A stretch of DNA of 64,000 nt, from NCBI GenBank assembly GCA_963706025.1, contig CAVPLM010000005.1, forward strand, positions 800,001 through 864,000. Reading direction: 5' to 3'. How positions within the stretch are numbered: position 1 is the stretch's first letter; the number at the start of each line of letters is the position of its first letter. Positions 41,980 to 52,845 of this stretch are shown here, piece after piece. The translations under genes and the position numbers were made by a program. Origin of the DNA: an uncultured Actinomycetes bacterium (GTDB lineage: Bacteria > Actinomycetota > Thermoleophilia > RBG-16-64-13). The notes beneath the pieces are model-generated. The model was given only the letters and a program-made list of their open reading frames with translations. It had not been told where the DNA came from and did not search any database.

Positions 41980-42687
41980 ATGGCGCAAGAGAATCAAGAC
42001 ACGAAACAAGACACCAAACGTGGGAAGGGCGCAACCGCGAAGGCTGAGGCGACCCCCGCGACTGAACCGACCCGCACAAAGGCCGCATCCCGCCAGAAGG
42101 GCGCCACCTCCAAGAAGGATGCCACCCCAGAGAAGGTGGCAACCGGCAAGCCCACGCCCGGACGGGAGCCCGGCGGGGCCGCCGGCGGAGCCCACGGCCC
42201 CGCGACCCGGACACCGGAACCGGCGACCCAGCGCAACCCGCGGCGGCAGCCGAAGGAAGAACCCTTCGCAGAGAACCCCATCCACCGGAAGCTCGGACTC
42301 CGATCTGGGACCATCGGACTGGTAGTCGCCCCTCCGGAAGACGACGACAACCCATTGCTGCCGCTGCCGGACGGCTTCAGAATGCTGACCGATGCAGATG
42401 CCGTCTCATCGTTCGAAGGCCAGGTCGACTACCTGCACTTCTTCGCCCGCAACCGGGGAGAACTGGCGCGGGTGCTCGCCTCACTGCGCGACAAGTTGGC
42501 GCCTGGAGGCAGCCTCTGGATCTCTTGGATCAAACAGTCGTCATCCCGCCGGGGTGAAGGGTTGCAGGGAGACCTGAACGAGAACGTGATCCGCCGGCTC
42601 GCGCTCACGAGCGGACTGGTGGACGTCAAGGTCGCGGCTCTCGACCATGATTGGTCGGCCCTCAAGCTGGTGCGCCGCAAGCACTAG
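41980..42687 (+). CDS. DUF3052-like protein with long K/T/A/P-rich N-terminal extension
   Basis: KLGL, SLWISW.K..S, GLVDVKVAALD.DWSALKLV. Confidence 0.75.
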   Translation: MAQENQDTKQDTKRGKGATAKAEATPATEPTRTKAASRQKGATSKKDATPEKVATGKPTPGREPGGAAGGAHGPATRTPEPATQRNPRRQPKEEPFAENPIHRKLGLRSGTIGLVVAPPEDDDNPLLPLPDGFRMLTDADAVSSFEGQVDYLHFFARNRGELARVLASLRDKLAPGGSLWISWIKQSSSRRGEGLQGDLNENVIRRLALTSGLVDVKVAALDHDWSALKLVRRKH

Positions 42688-42759
42688 CTCGAGCCGCTGG
42701 CGGCCGCCTCTCCGGGGCCGCCCGCCCACGACCGTGCAGTCGTCTAACCGGCGGTCTTG

Positions 42760-42922
42760 GAACTCGTTTCAGAATGAAGCTCCGCCGTCAGGGACGCCCT
42801 GGGCGAGCGCGAGAGAAGAACGCAGGGAGCGTGAATAGCAGCGCTATTTGCGCGACCGAGGACGTACAGTCGTGCCGTCCAGGGTGCACTGGGCGGCCGC
42901 GGCTTCATTTTGAAACGAGTTG
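42760..42922. mobile_element. MITE copy 3 (163 bp, diverged)
   Basis: Same terminal repeats (GAACTCGTTTCAGAATGAAG / CTTCATTTTGAAACGAGTT) and central TAGCAGCGCTA. Confidence 0.85.
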
Positions 42923-43920
42923 TTAGTGTAGCCGGGTAGCTTGATGCCCCTCTCGAGGTTCTCCTTGATGAGTATCCCCAGCGGCCGCTCAGTGCTGGCC
43001 CTGATCGAGACGAAGCACTGGTCGCAACTGTGGCGCGTTGCTCTGAACCCTTCCACCGCTTCCTTGCGGGAGCCATACTGCATATCCGGGAACATCGAAC
43101 AGGCGTTGATGAGGCCGTCCGGGCGCACCACGAGGAAGCGCCTGCCCGCCTGACACCCGTTCATGCCCCCTTCCGCGAAAAAGCGGTAGGTCTGCTCGAG
43201 GATGTTGTCCGAGTTCAGGACGATCGTCGAGCGAAGATCATGCTCCTTCAGGTAGTCGATCTGGCGGCGAAGCAGGGCCAGATCCTCGGGTGAGTTTATG
43301 CATAGGCTCGTATCGCCCGTGCGCAGGCAGCTGTAGGCGCTGAAGGAGATCTGGGTCCCCCACTCTTCAGCCTTGGCCACCAAGCCGGGGGTCTCGGCGA
43401 AATTGGCGTGGGTCAAGGCTGCGTTCAGCACGACGTCCTTCCGGCCGTACTTATGCACCAGGTACGGAATGAGCTCGTTCATCTTGGCGAACAGCCCCGG
43501 GATCCTGCGGAACTCGTCGTGCCGTTCGTCCGGGAAGTCCAGCGAGATGGAAAAAAGGGAGACGCCTGCCTCCTGGAGAGACAGATACCGTTCCTCGGTA
43601 AGAAGCCAGGAGTTGGTCACACACGCCACCATAGGCAAGCCGCTCGGACGCTTGACCGCGCGGACAATGTCTTCCAGGTCGTCGCGCAGCAAGGGTTCAC
43701 CGCCGGATAGTTGGATCACGGGTGGCTGCAGCTCTCTCGAGAAGCGCCCGTAGTCAGAGGGGCTTAGCCGGCGGGCCTCGTGCTTCAGGCCCCCCTTGTC
43801 GCAATGCACGCAGTCGGCTATGCACGAGTGCGTCACCTCGAAGGAGACGCACATGGGCCGGCCTATGGCCCGGTTCCACAGACCCCGAGTGCCGATTATG
43901 GCCATTTCGCGTTTGTTCAT
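42844..43920 (-). CDS. Radical SAM protein (twitch/SPASM-like C-terminus)
   Basis: CIADCVHC, SGGEPLLR, SISLD, CQAG..RPDG..NAC, CDQC. Confidence 0.88.
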   Translation of the reverse strand: MNKREMAIIGTRGLWNRAIGRPMCVSFEVTHSCIADCVHCDKGGLKHEARRLSPSDYGRFSRELQPPVIQLSGGEPLLRDDLEDIVRAVKRPSGLPMVACVTNSWLLTEERYLSLQEAGVSLFSISLDFPDERHDEFRRIPGLFAKMNELIPYLVHKYGRKDVVLNAALTHANFAETPGLVAKAEEWGTQISFSAYSCLRTGDTSLCINSPEDLALLRRQIDYLKEHDLRSTIVLNSDNILEQTYRFFAEGGMNGCQAGRRFLVVRPDGLINACSMFPDMQYGSRKEAVEGFRATRHSCDQCFVSIRASTERPLGILIKENLERGIKLPGYTNNSFQNEAAAAQCTLDGTTVRPRSRK

Positions 43921-44072
43921 GTCGAGAGCGTTCCCATTCCAACGAGGCCCGGCGGGCCGTTGCGTTCCCTGAGAGACTGTACCGCACGAGTCAAGTCGGC
44001 GCATGCCGTCGCCGACCACCGGCTGGCCGTATCCGCCCCCGGCCGACCGGCCGGGGGCGGATACGGCGTCGT

Positions 44073-45489
44073 TCACTCTAGCGCTGTCAGCGACTCGGCG
44101 ACAGCCAGGAGTTCCGCACGGGTCAGGTCACCCGAGACGGTCACTACCAGCGAGTCGGTCATCGCCCACACGTGAGGGACCGCCCGAGGATCGATCAAGA
44201 GCTCGGCCTCGAGGCCGTTCAACGCTCCACCCGTGAGCACGACCGTTTCCGGATGGTCGATGAAGCCCTCGCCGCTGGCCAGAGGATCGGACCACAACGA
44301 TGGATCCGCCCCCACAAGCCGCGTGGTCACGATGATCCTATCGAAGCCCCTGCGATAAGCGAGGGAGACCACTCCCCCCGCCACGGGATTCATCCCCTCT
44401 TTGCCCGTGGGTCCGCCTTCCTGCGATATCGCGATCTCGGTGAGCCGGTAGCCCTCCGGCACCACATCCGGGACGAGCGGCCGATAGCCGACCACCGCGG
44501 CCACCTCTCCGAGCGACACGCGGCGGAAGCCCTGCATCGTTGTGCTCGACTTCCACTCCCTCAGGGAACGAGAGCACGAACTCATCGACAGCCAGAACGG
44601 GATCGATCTCCACTCCCTCGAGGCGGACCTCCTGCAGCAGCCGGCCGGCCTTACTCTCGCTGACCTTCACCGGGAAGCCTGTCTGCTGGTCTACCGTGAC
44701 CTCGATGTGATCGCCGGAGACGTTGGAGAGCCTGTTGGGCTCGACTTCTGCGCTCAGCACCCAGGCCGCGCGCCCGTCGAAGGTAGCTTCGACCACAGAT
44801 GGGTCGGCGGCGGCCAGCATCGCCCTCACCACCGACCCAAGATCCCGGTCGAGCACCCAGTCCGCGGGGCCGGGATCGGGCCATCCGGGGGCGAGTCCCG
44901 TCAGCTCGCTCGCCACGAGGGGCTCGCCGTTCTCACCACCGGCGATCACGCGTTGGACGCCGGTAGAAGCGTCATAGGCGAGATCCTCGCTCCGTGATAC
45001 CCCCGTCAGGCGGAAGTCGCCTCGGGCGGTGGTCACGACGTTCCACCGCGTCTCGTCAAGCTGTCCTGTAGCTTCGTCGTAATAGCCGACCACCAGCGTG
45101 CTCTTGATCGATTCGGCTCCCGAAAGGGCCGTCACCATCTTCTGCTTGATCTCGGCGGCGCCGGCCACGTCGGGCCTGAACACATCGATGCCGAGAGGGC
45201 CTGAGAAGGCCCATAGGAGAGCCAAGATCACTACCGCGACAGGAATCGGTACCCAGGCCAGGCGGAGCCAACTGCGACGCGGCCTCTCACCGTTCCGCAC
45301 GCCCCGCCCCCGACCCGCCGGCTCCTCCCGCGCCACCGGCGCTTCTGGTCCCGTCCGCTGTTGGGAAGCGGCTTCGGCCTCCAGTCTCTCCTCCAAGGTT
45401 GCGAAGAAGTCCGGATAGTGCTCGGGCGTTTCCAGTCGCCGCAGTCGTTCCCCCAGATCGGTATCTCTGTCAGAAAGTCTCATGGTCAC
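44073..45489 (-). CDS. Membrane anti-sigma-factor-like protein with extracytoplasmic domain (frameshift near 44530)
   Basis: Overlaps the ECF sigma gene; single TM segment; beta-rich LolA/RseB-like region. Confidence 0.65.
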
Positions 45490-46045
45490 TCCTCTCAGCG
45501 AGAGTCATGCGCAGTTCAGAGCGAGCGTGATGCAGCCGGGAGGCGATAGTGCCCGGACGCACCCCGAGCACTTCTGCTGCTTCTTCGTACGTGAATCCGG
45601 CGGCGTCGACGAGCAGTACCGCCGCCCGCTGATCAGGCGGAAGCGACGCAAGAGCAGTAGCGAGGTCGCTCCTTCGCGCCACCGACTCCCCGGGGTCAGC
45701 CGTCGTCGTGGCGACAAGGCCGTCTCCGACCCCCGCGCCGTGCCTGGTACCCGCACCGCCTCCGGCGAGGGTTCCGGTCTCGGTGAGAACGTCCAGCGAC
45801 TCCTCCCGCCGCCTCCGATCGCTCCGGAGTCTGTCGACACAGGCGTTGTAGACGATCCGATGCAGCCAGGTGCGCTCCTGCGCCTCCCCTCGGAAACCTG
45901 AGAAGCCTCGAAACGCTTTGAGATAGGCATCCTGCATCACATCATCCATAGCCGTCCGATCACGCAGCAGCCGATACGCGAGCGTGCGCAGCCCCCGATC
46001 GTGCCGCTTGACCAGCTCTATGAAAGCCGCGGCATCGCCGCTCAT
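45470..46045 (-). CDS. ECF RNA polymerase sigma factor
   Basis: DVMQDAYLKAF, TWLHRIVYNACVD, YEEAAEVLGVRPGTIASRLHHAR. Confidence 0.92.
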   Translation of the reverse strand: MSGDAAAFIELVKRHDRGLRTLAYRLLRDRTAMDDVMQDAYLKAFRGFSGFRGEAQERTWLHRIVYNACVDRLRSDRRRREESLDVLTETGTLAGGGAGTRHGAGVGDGLVATTTADPGESVARRSDLATALASLPPDQRAAVLLVDAAGFTYEEAAEVLGVRPGTIASRLHHARSELRMTLAERSDHETF

Positions 46046-46201
46046 TCCCTCGCCGGCACCTCCGCCCCTGCGGGCCCCCGCACTTGGTCACGCCGCTCTA
46101 TCTGTTTAGACGTCGAACGCGCCTCTACCCTTCGCCCGATGATACGATGCTTCTGCACGTAAGCGAGAACCTGCGAGGTCAGCGAGGTCCATATCTCTAG
46201 C

Positions 46202-47353
46202 GTGCTCGACCCTATAGTCGACTTCCTCAACAAGCTCGGCATCGCTGCTCCCGGCCGGCTGGGATGGGTGACGGTCATCCTCACCTTCATCATCGCGGCG
46301 TTGGCTGCCTGGCAGTTCATGCCTCGTATCCGCTTGTTCTCGTTGCGCGTGGGATGGGCCGACGAACCCAACCCCCGCCGCATCAACAAAGAGCCCCTTC
46401 CCAACGCCGGGGGGTTGGCCATCTTCGCCTCGGTCGTCGTCGCACTGGTGATCGTTGCCCTCATCCGCGAGATCGCCGTCGAGAACGTGCAGATCCAGGT
46501 GCTCTCCATCCTCCTAGGGGGTTCAGTCCTCATCATGGCCGGCTTCATCGACGACCAGTTCGGATTGCCCGTGGGCTTCCGTCTGGTCGTGCAACTGGTG
46601 GCCGCGCTGCTGCTGGTGAGCACAGACATACGAATCGACGTCGCCTTTGGAGGGGATTTCGCCACCGCCATCTCTGTGATCCTCACTGTGATCTGGATCA
46701 TGGCCATCACCAACGCCGTCAACCTGATCGACGGGGTCGACGGCCTGGCCGGCGGGGTGAGCTTCATCACGGCCATGAGCCTGTTGGCTGTGTCGGCCCA
46801 GGATCAGGCCAAAGCAGCGGCCACTCTTCTCCTCGCAGCCCTCGCCGGAGCCGCCCTGGGGTTCCTCCGTCACAACTTCCCGCCTTCGCGCATCATCATG
46901 GGCGACAGTGGCGCCTACTTCTTCGGTTACGTCCTGGCTGCCTCCAGCATCCTGGGCGACCTCAAGGTCACCACCGTCTTTGCCCTCTTCCCTACTGTCC
47001 TCTTCCTTCTCTTACCCCTACTCGACACCTTTCAGGTGGTGCTCCGACGGCTGGTGCGCCGAGAGAACCCCCTCTCCAGTCCAGGCACAGACCACCTACA
47101 CCACGGACTTCTAGCCCGAGGTCTGTCGCAGACCCGCACCACGCTCATCCTTTGGGGCGTCACTTTGGGAACGAACCTGGTAGCCATGAAGGTCCAGGAT
47201 ATGTCGTGGCTCGTTATCCTGAGCACCGCGGTGGGTATCATCGCGCTGCTGGCGCTGATGGTCTGGCGCCGCCGCCGCGCTTTTCGGCGGGCGGCGCTCC
47301 GCCAAGCCCTGGCAGAACCCGTGGACCCGTCCGGCGGAGGGCAGGACATCTAG
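46202..47353 (+). CDS. WecA/TagO-type polyprenyl-phosphate GlcNAc-1-P transferase
   Basis: GFIDD, NAVNLIDGVDGL, IMGDSGA, DHLHH. Confidence 0.92.
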   Translation: MLDPIVDFLNKLGIAAPGRLGWVTVILTFIIAALAAWQFMPRIRLFSLRVGWADEPNPRRINKEPLPNAGGLAIFASVVVALVIVALIREIAVENVQIQVLSILLGGSVLIMAGFIDDQFGLPVGFRLVVQLVAALLLVSTDIRIDVAFGGDFATAISVILTVIWIMAITNAVNLIDGVDGLAGGVSFITAMSLLAVSAQDQAKAAATLLLAALAGAALGFLRHNFPPSRIIMGDSGAYFFGYVLAASSILGDLKVTTVFALFPTVLFLLLPLLDTFQVVLRRLVRRENPLSSPGTDHLHHGLLARGLSQTRTTLILWGVTLGTNLVAMKVQDMSWLVILSTAVGIIALLALMVWRRRRAFRRAALRQALAEPVDPSGGGQDI

Positions 47354-47445
47354 AGGCTCTCACTCTCACCGAGGCGGCCGGTCCCGAAACCGCGCGGCCG
47401 GCGAACTCGTCTCAGCGGCATGAGTCGGCGACGCAGCAGGAGGGT

Positions 47446-47899
47446 ATGGCGATGAGCAGGCGGGCTTGGCACTCAATGGGAATCACGGTCGCGGTCCTTG
47501 TCACGATCCTATCGTTGGTGGCGGTCCTATCCGCGGGATGCGGCTCTGAGGTCGACTCAGCGGAGGGCCTTCTCCAGCTGGGAGAAGCAGACAACGGCGA
47601 GACCTTTGCGGTCGAAGTCGGTGACACCATCGAGGTGATGCTCCCCGGGAATCCGACCACAGGTTTCGAGTGGGCGGCTGCGATCAGCGACGAAGACGCT
47701 ACGCTGATCAAACAAGCAGGGCGAAGCCGAGTACGTGGCCGAGTCGACCGATCCGAGCGTGGTCGGCTCCGGCGGGATGTACACCTTCACCTTCAAGACC
47801 ACGGACAAGGGAGAGGCGGTCCTCAAGCTCGAATACGCCCGGTCTTTTGAGGACGTGGCACCCGAGCAGACGTTTGAAGTGACGCTGACGATCGAATAG
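47446..47899 (+). CDS. Chagasin/I42 protease-inhibitor lipoprotein (frameshift near 47720)
   Basis: Lipobox SAGC; GNPTTGFEW; VGSGG and LEYARSFE after the shift. Confidence 0.85.
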
Positions 47900-47973
47900 T
47901 GCTCTAGCGGGGCGCGACCGCCGACACCAAGGGGTGGCGGGTGCGCCCGGGAGGCACGGAGTACGTGGGGGCG

Positions 47974-48006
47974 GCAGAACGGGCCGGGCATGACGGCCCG
48001 TTCTGC
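47974..48006. terminator. Hairpin between convergent genes
   Basis: 13-bp stem GCAGAACGGGCCG/CGGCCCGTTCTGC. Confidence 0.55.
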
Positions 48007-48029
48007 GTTTCGATGGGGCAGCGAAGCCC

Positions 48030-48929
48030 CTATTGTGTGACGAGCTTCAGCGTACCCACGCTCATGTCGACGGTGATGGTCAGAGTCTTTGTCGGCCCAG
48101 CCTGCTGCGCAGCCGGTGTGCTGGAGGTCTTGCCCGTGGTGGTCCAGTCACCCTCGAGGGAGACGTCGGTCAGAGCTCCTTTGACGGTCACCCGGGCGGC
48201 GGTCTGTGCCGGCACCACGATGCGCACGGATCCCACCCCGGCTTTGATGCTGACGGTGCCATCGGTGCGCAACTGCCCGGAGAAGTCCATGGTGTAGGAG
48301 CCGGCCCCGCCCTTGAACTCGAAGGTCCTGAAGTTGGCGTTCGCGAGACCCGTTAAGTCCACCGTAGAAGCGCCCGTCTCGTAGAGCAGCAGTTGCATCT
48401 GCCCGGGATTGGCCGAATCGAACATAACCTCTGTCTTGGCGGCTCCGTCCTTGATGGTCAGGTCCTGCAGCGTCAGCCCACCCAGATCGTAGGTACCCTC
48501 GTACGCGCCGGCAGCGACCTGCAGGCGCATGGGAGCGCTGCCGAGCTGTAGTTGCCAGTCGTTCACGATGTCGCCCCCGATCGCCTCGAGGCCGCCCCTC
48601 TTACCCTGCTCTATGGTGAGCCTCTTGTCGGTCCGCCCCACCGTCGGCTTCCAGGCGTCGACGTTGTATCTCACCACGCCGGAGACAAGACCGCTCGCTC
48701 CCGGACCGAGCGCGAGCGTCCCCGCCCCCATGTCGATCTCCACATCGGTGACCGCAGCCGATCCCAGCGGTTCGTCGATGGCCAGCTCCTGCGTGGGTCC
48801 AACGTCCACTCCCACGCTGCAGGAAAGTGCGAACGTCATCAGGCCCAGCATCGAGACCCCGAAGATAACGGCGAGCGTCATCCGCGCGGGCACTCCTGGG
48901 CTCCATCTCCTCCTTCTCGATACCTTCAT
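48030..48929 (-). CDS. Toast-rack/DUF2154-like exported protein
   Basis: Signal/lipobox ALSC; repeated beta motifs MGAGTL, GAGSYTMDF, AGVGSVRI. Confidence 0.7.
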   Translation of the reverse strand: MKVSRRRRWSPGVPARMTLAVIFGVSMLGLMTFALSCSVGVDVGPTQELAIDEPLGSAAVTDVEIDMGAGTLALGPGASGLVSGVVRYNVDAWKPTVGRTDKRLTIEQGKRGGLEAIGGDIVNDWQLQLGSAPMRLQVAAGAYEGTYDLGGLTLQDLTIKDGAAKTEVMFDSANPGQMQLLLYETGASTVDLTGLANANFRTFEFKGGAGSYTMDFSGQLRTDGTVSIKAGVGSVRIVVPAQTAARVTVKGALTDVSLEGDWTTTGKTSSTPAAQQAGPTKTLTITVDMSVGTLKLVTQ

Positions 48930-49031
48930 CAGGCACCCCCTCGCACTCCCATCATCACTCGCTGCCCTCCCGAGAATTGTAGAGGAATTCAAGCCGGTCG
49001 GCACGCGTTTGGGCGCCGTCAACGCCGGCGG

Positions 49032-49866
49032 TCAGACCAGGAGCGGGTCGGCGAGTGCTGCGGCGACGTATGAGGCGACCGCCAGCACGACCAGCAGGAT
49101 CACCAGCATCATGCGCCCCCTCCTGCTCCCCCGAGGCCGCGCGTCGGGGCACGCCCGGCGGCTCCGTTCCCACCACAGGAAGCCCGCCACGGAGACTGCC
49201 GACCACGCTCCACCCAGACACCAGCCCGCAAGGACGTCCGAGGTCCAGTGCACCCCCAGATAGACCCGGGAGAAGCCCACCGCCAGGACCACGGCGAGGG
49301 CCGCGACGAAAGCGAGCGTCATCAGGGTGATCCTGGTCCAGCGCCGGGCGCCGCGCCGTCTCGGCGAGCGGTGCAAATAACCGGAACGCGAGAAAGACCA
49401 GGAGGACGGCGAAACTCAGAGTGAGAAAGGCGTGCCCTGAGGGGAAGCTCTGGGACAGCGGGGGCTTGATCAGCATTATGGTCTCTGGAGGGCGGGGTCG
49501 CTGGTAAGCGTATTTGACGAGGCTGGAGATCACCTGAGCCACGATGATCCCACCCGCGACCAGCACCGCCCGGGCCCGCGCGCCCCAGACCAAGAGCATC
49601 ACTACGGTCGCTGCGGCCGCGGTGCCCAGGAAGAGAGCATTGCCGAGAAGAGTGACGCCCCAGAAGAACAAGTCCATGCCCGGCGTTCGCCGGGCCACCA
49701 CGGCCTCGGTGATCTGTTGGTCGAGGGTGGACAGGGCCGGGTTTCCGCTCACTTCTCCCGCGAGAACCAGGAACGCGGCGGCCAACCCCGCCGCCGCCAC
49801 GGCCAGTGCCGCCGTCGAGGCGCACCGGCGAAGCCTCCCGGCCTCATCCGGCCGGTCTGACCGCAT
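49032..49866 (-). CDS. PAP2-family membrane phosphatase (frameshift near 49330-49370)
   Basis: K...[23 protein letters not shown]. Confidence 0.9.
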
Positions 49867-50506
49867 GCCGGAGGACAGTCTTCAGATTCTCGGGCTTCGC
49901 CGTACGAGGGTCGCCCAGGTAGATCTCGTGATGGCGCCCCCGAAAGACATAGCCATTCTCCTCGGCGAATACCTCCATCTTAGCGACGGTGCGGGGCTCG
50001 TCGGCATAGGGTCCGATATGCATGATCTGCAGGCAGGACCCTTCGTGGAACGCCTCGAAGCGGACCCGGTCCAGCGACTCTGTGGGGCGCTGCTCCTTTT
50101 CGCTCTTTCGGCGGACCTGGTCCATGGCTTCCGCGAACATCTCCGGGGTGATGTGGTCGGGTTGCATCATCATCATGGTCCAGGGCCATTCGCCGGCAGA
50201 GGTGTAGTCGGTCCCCCCTGTGGGAAAGCTCCACAGCCCTTCCAGAGCCATCACGGTGTAGTCGATCGGGTCCTCCGAGCGCCGTTTGGACATGAACTTG
50301 AGGGTGTAGGAAAGGCCGTAGAGTGCGCCGATGGCCGCTGCAAAGGCCGGCGAGGTCCCCGGGGTCGCATCCGGCTCCAGCCGGCCGTCGATCATGACGA
50401 ACTTCATCTCCGGGACGTCGACGACCGTGACCTCTTTGGCGGATGGAAGGTACAGGTGCTTGAGTTGCTTCTTGAGATCGAGCTTCACCGCAGTGTTCTT
50501 ATCCAC
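49844..50506 (-). CDS. GyrI-like small-molecule-binding protein
   Basis: LEGLW, QIMHIGPYADE, HHEIYLGDPR. Confidence 0.9.
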   Translation of the reverse strand: MDKNTAVKLDLKKQLKHLYLPSAKEVTVVDVPEMKFVMIDGRLEPDATPGTSPAFAAAIGALYGLSYTLKFMSKRRSEDPIDYTVMALEGLWSFPTGGTDYTSAGEWPWTMMMMQPDHITPEMFAEAMDQVRRKSEKEQRPTESLDRVRFEAFHEGSCLQIMHIGPYADEPRTVAKMEVFAEENGYVFRGRHHEIYLGDPRTAKPENLKTVLRHAVRPAG

Positions 50507-50540
50507 GGATGCCTCCCACTCGGACTTGCGCCTACGTACA

Positions 50541-50571
50541 CGATGGTACCGTCGATAACGATAGTACTATC
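50541..50571. promoter_or_regulatory. Two related palindromes, candidate tandem operator
   Basis: CGATGGTACCGTCG and perfect GATAGTACTATC in a divergent intergenic region. Confidence 0.5.
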
Positions 50572-50683
50572 TATCGTCTCGAACACGCGGGCGTGCCGGG
50601 AACAGCCCGGCGGTTGTGAAGCCGGGGAATAATCCTATAATAGAAGGAGATCTGGCCACGTCACGGGCAGTCAAGGTGAGTCC

Positions 50684-52730
50684 GTGAGCAAGCGAAAAGC
50701 CGTATTCTCAAGAGCGCCGGGGTCCGTAGCCGCAAGCGCCGTCATTGCTGCCGCAATGCTTCTGGCGTGTTGGGTATTTGCTCCGGCCTTTTTCGTACCC
50801 CCCTGCCACGCGGCCGCCGTCTCCTTCACCGATGTCCCCACGAGCCACCCCCATGCCGTTGCCATAGCCGATCTCTCCGGACGAGGGGTCATCAACGGCT
50901 TCCCGGACGGCACTTTCAGGCCCGGCCAGCCGGTCATCCGCCAGCAGTTCGCCAAGATGATCGTGTTGACGCTTGGACTGGCGGTCCCGGCCGACATAAC
51001 CTGCCCATTCGCCGATGTCGACGAGACGCCAAACCTCAACGATCCTCTCTACCCGGCTCGGTACGTGGCCGTGTGCGCCCTGCACGGTATCACCGCCGGG
51101 AAGACGCCGACCGCCTTCGACCCTTACTCCGGCATCACCAGGCAGCAGCTGGTCACCATGGTCGTCCGCGCCGCCGCCCTGTCCGATCCCCCAGCCGTCT
51201 ACCTGCCCCCGTTCGTGACCGGTCAGTTCTCCCTGGAAGAGCACTATGTGAACGCCCGCAGGGCTGCATACGCCGGTCTGCTCGACGGATTGGGTGTGGG
51301 GCCGGACTACAGCTTCACGTCCGCGGCCAGCCGTGGTGAGTGCGCCCAAGTGCTGCACAACCTGCTCTTCCACCTGGAGCAGGGCAGCCCCGCCGATCTG
51401 CTCCATTTCTCATGGGACTGGAACGCCAACTGGCGTGTCTGGCAGACCAGGAACATCTCCCAGCTGGTAGGAGGCAAGAAGGTCGTCGGCGACCCCTACT
51501 ACTACTTCGACACGCCGGACTTCCCCGCGCGCTACATCTTCGCCACGGGAGAGGAAGGCGATCTCCTGGTGTTCGGAGCCGCCCCCGGCGGATGGGCCTG
51601 GCAAGTCCGGAGTCTCGTTGCCCCCTCCGGTCGTCGGATACGGCCGCTCCTCGGGGGCCGCGCTTTCAATGACGTCGTCATAGGTACCGAGAAGGCCGGT
51701 AGGGAGACGATCCACATCTTCGCCACCGACGCCGACGACAATCTGATCCACTACTGGTTGACGCAGCGTGAGGACTGGCACTCCGAGGACGTGACCGCCG
51801 CCACCGGCCAGAAGATGGCCAGGTTCGGTTCCGCCTGCGCGTGGGAGGACGAGTCGACCGTGCAGGTGGTCGGCACCGACATCGGGGGCGACCTCCTCCA
51901 CTTCTGGCTCGAGACGGGTGGGTCTTGGCGATCGGAGAACGTGAGCTCGCAGGTCGGAGAAGCGATCGTGGGCGAGGCCAGCTTCTACTGGGACAGCGCG
52001 AGCAGGCCGGAGACAGCGGTGGTGGCGGCCGGCCCGGAGCGCGAGCTCCTCCTATTCCACCATCGGGAATCAGGGGCCTGGAGCGTCGAGGATGTGACCG
52101 CCGCCACTTCTACAGATAGTGGTCCAGGAGTCACGCTTGGTGGCTGGCTTTCCTGGTGGTGGTGGGATTCATCCGGGTATTGGGATGGGTCGCAGTTCAA
52201 GAACCCGATCGCGCTACTCGACGCGAACGGCCACTTCCAGTTGCTGGAAAGAACGTCTCTAGCCTCACCGTGGTCGGTCACCGACGTCTCGGCTCTCATC
52301 GGGCACACGTTCCGGGCCGACACGGGCGGCGACTCGATCCTTCGCTTCCACAACCCTCCCAGCGTCCCCAAGAAGGAGATCAATTTCGCTGGGGCGGATC
52401 CGGATCAGGACTTCATTCATTTCTGGCGCGACACGGCGGGGAATTGGCATCATGACAACGTCAGCGCGAAGACGCAGCAGAAGATCGCCTATCCGGTGAA
52501 CCACTACTTGTGGTGGGGCGGATACCAGGGTGGTCCGCTCACGGCCTACGACTACGTGTGCGGCATCGCCCCCGACGGCGACCTCGTCTTCGTCTATGAC
52601 GACGTGGCCAAGCGCGACTGGCAGGCGTTCAACGTCAGCACCGTGACCGGCTACAAGGTCAGGCCTCCCGAGCTGCCGTGGGGCGGCTTCTTCCGGCGAA
52701 AGCCACTTAGTGCTCGTGGGGCTCGAATAG
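50684..52730 (+). CDS. Secreted SLH-domain protein with Trp/His-rich beta-propeller repeats (true end after a 1-nt shift near 52693)
   Basis: FTDVP, GVINGFPDGTFRP, ITRQQ; repeats LIHYW/LLHFW..W..EDV; corrected end FFGESHLVLVGLE*. Confidence 0.8.
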
Positions 52731-52750
52731 CGCCGGTCGTCCAAGCGACG

Positions 52751-52845
52751 CGGCCGTTCGGCGGCAGGGCCGTTCAGCGACGGGGCGGCGCGGCCGTTCG
52801 GCGGCGGGGCCGTTCTCGTCGGGGCGCCCAAAGGCCGTTCTCGTC
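52751..52845. repeat. Five GGCCGTTC units between convergent genes
   Basis: Copies at 52752, 52768, 52792, 52808 and 52833. Confidence 0.6.

Noticed and set aside
42742-42928. Integron attC site (GTCTAAC...GTTAGTG around MITE copy 3)
   Set aside because: The R' box does not fit GTTRRRY, there are no L boxes, the other copies lack it and no intI is present.
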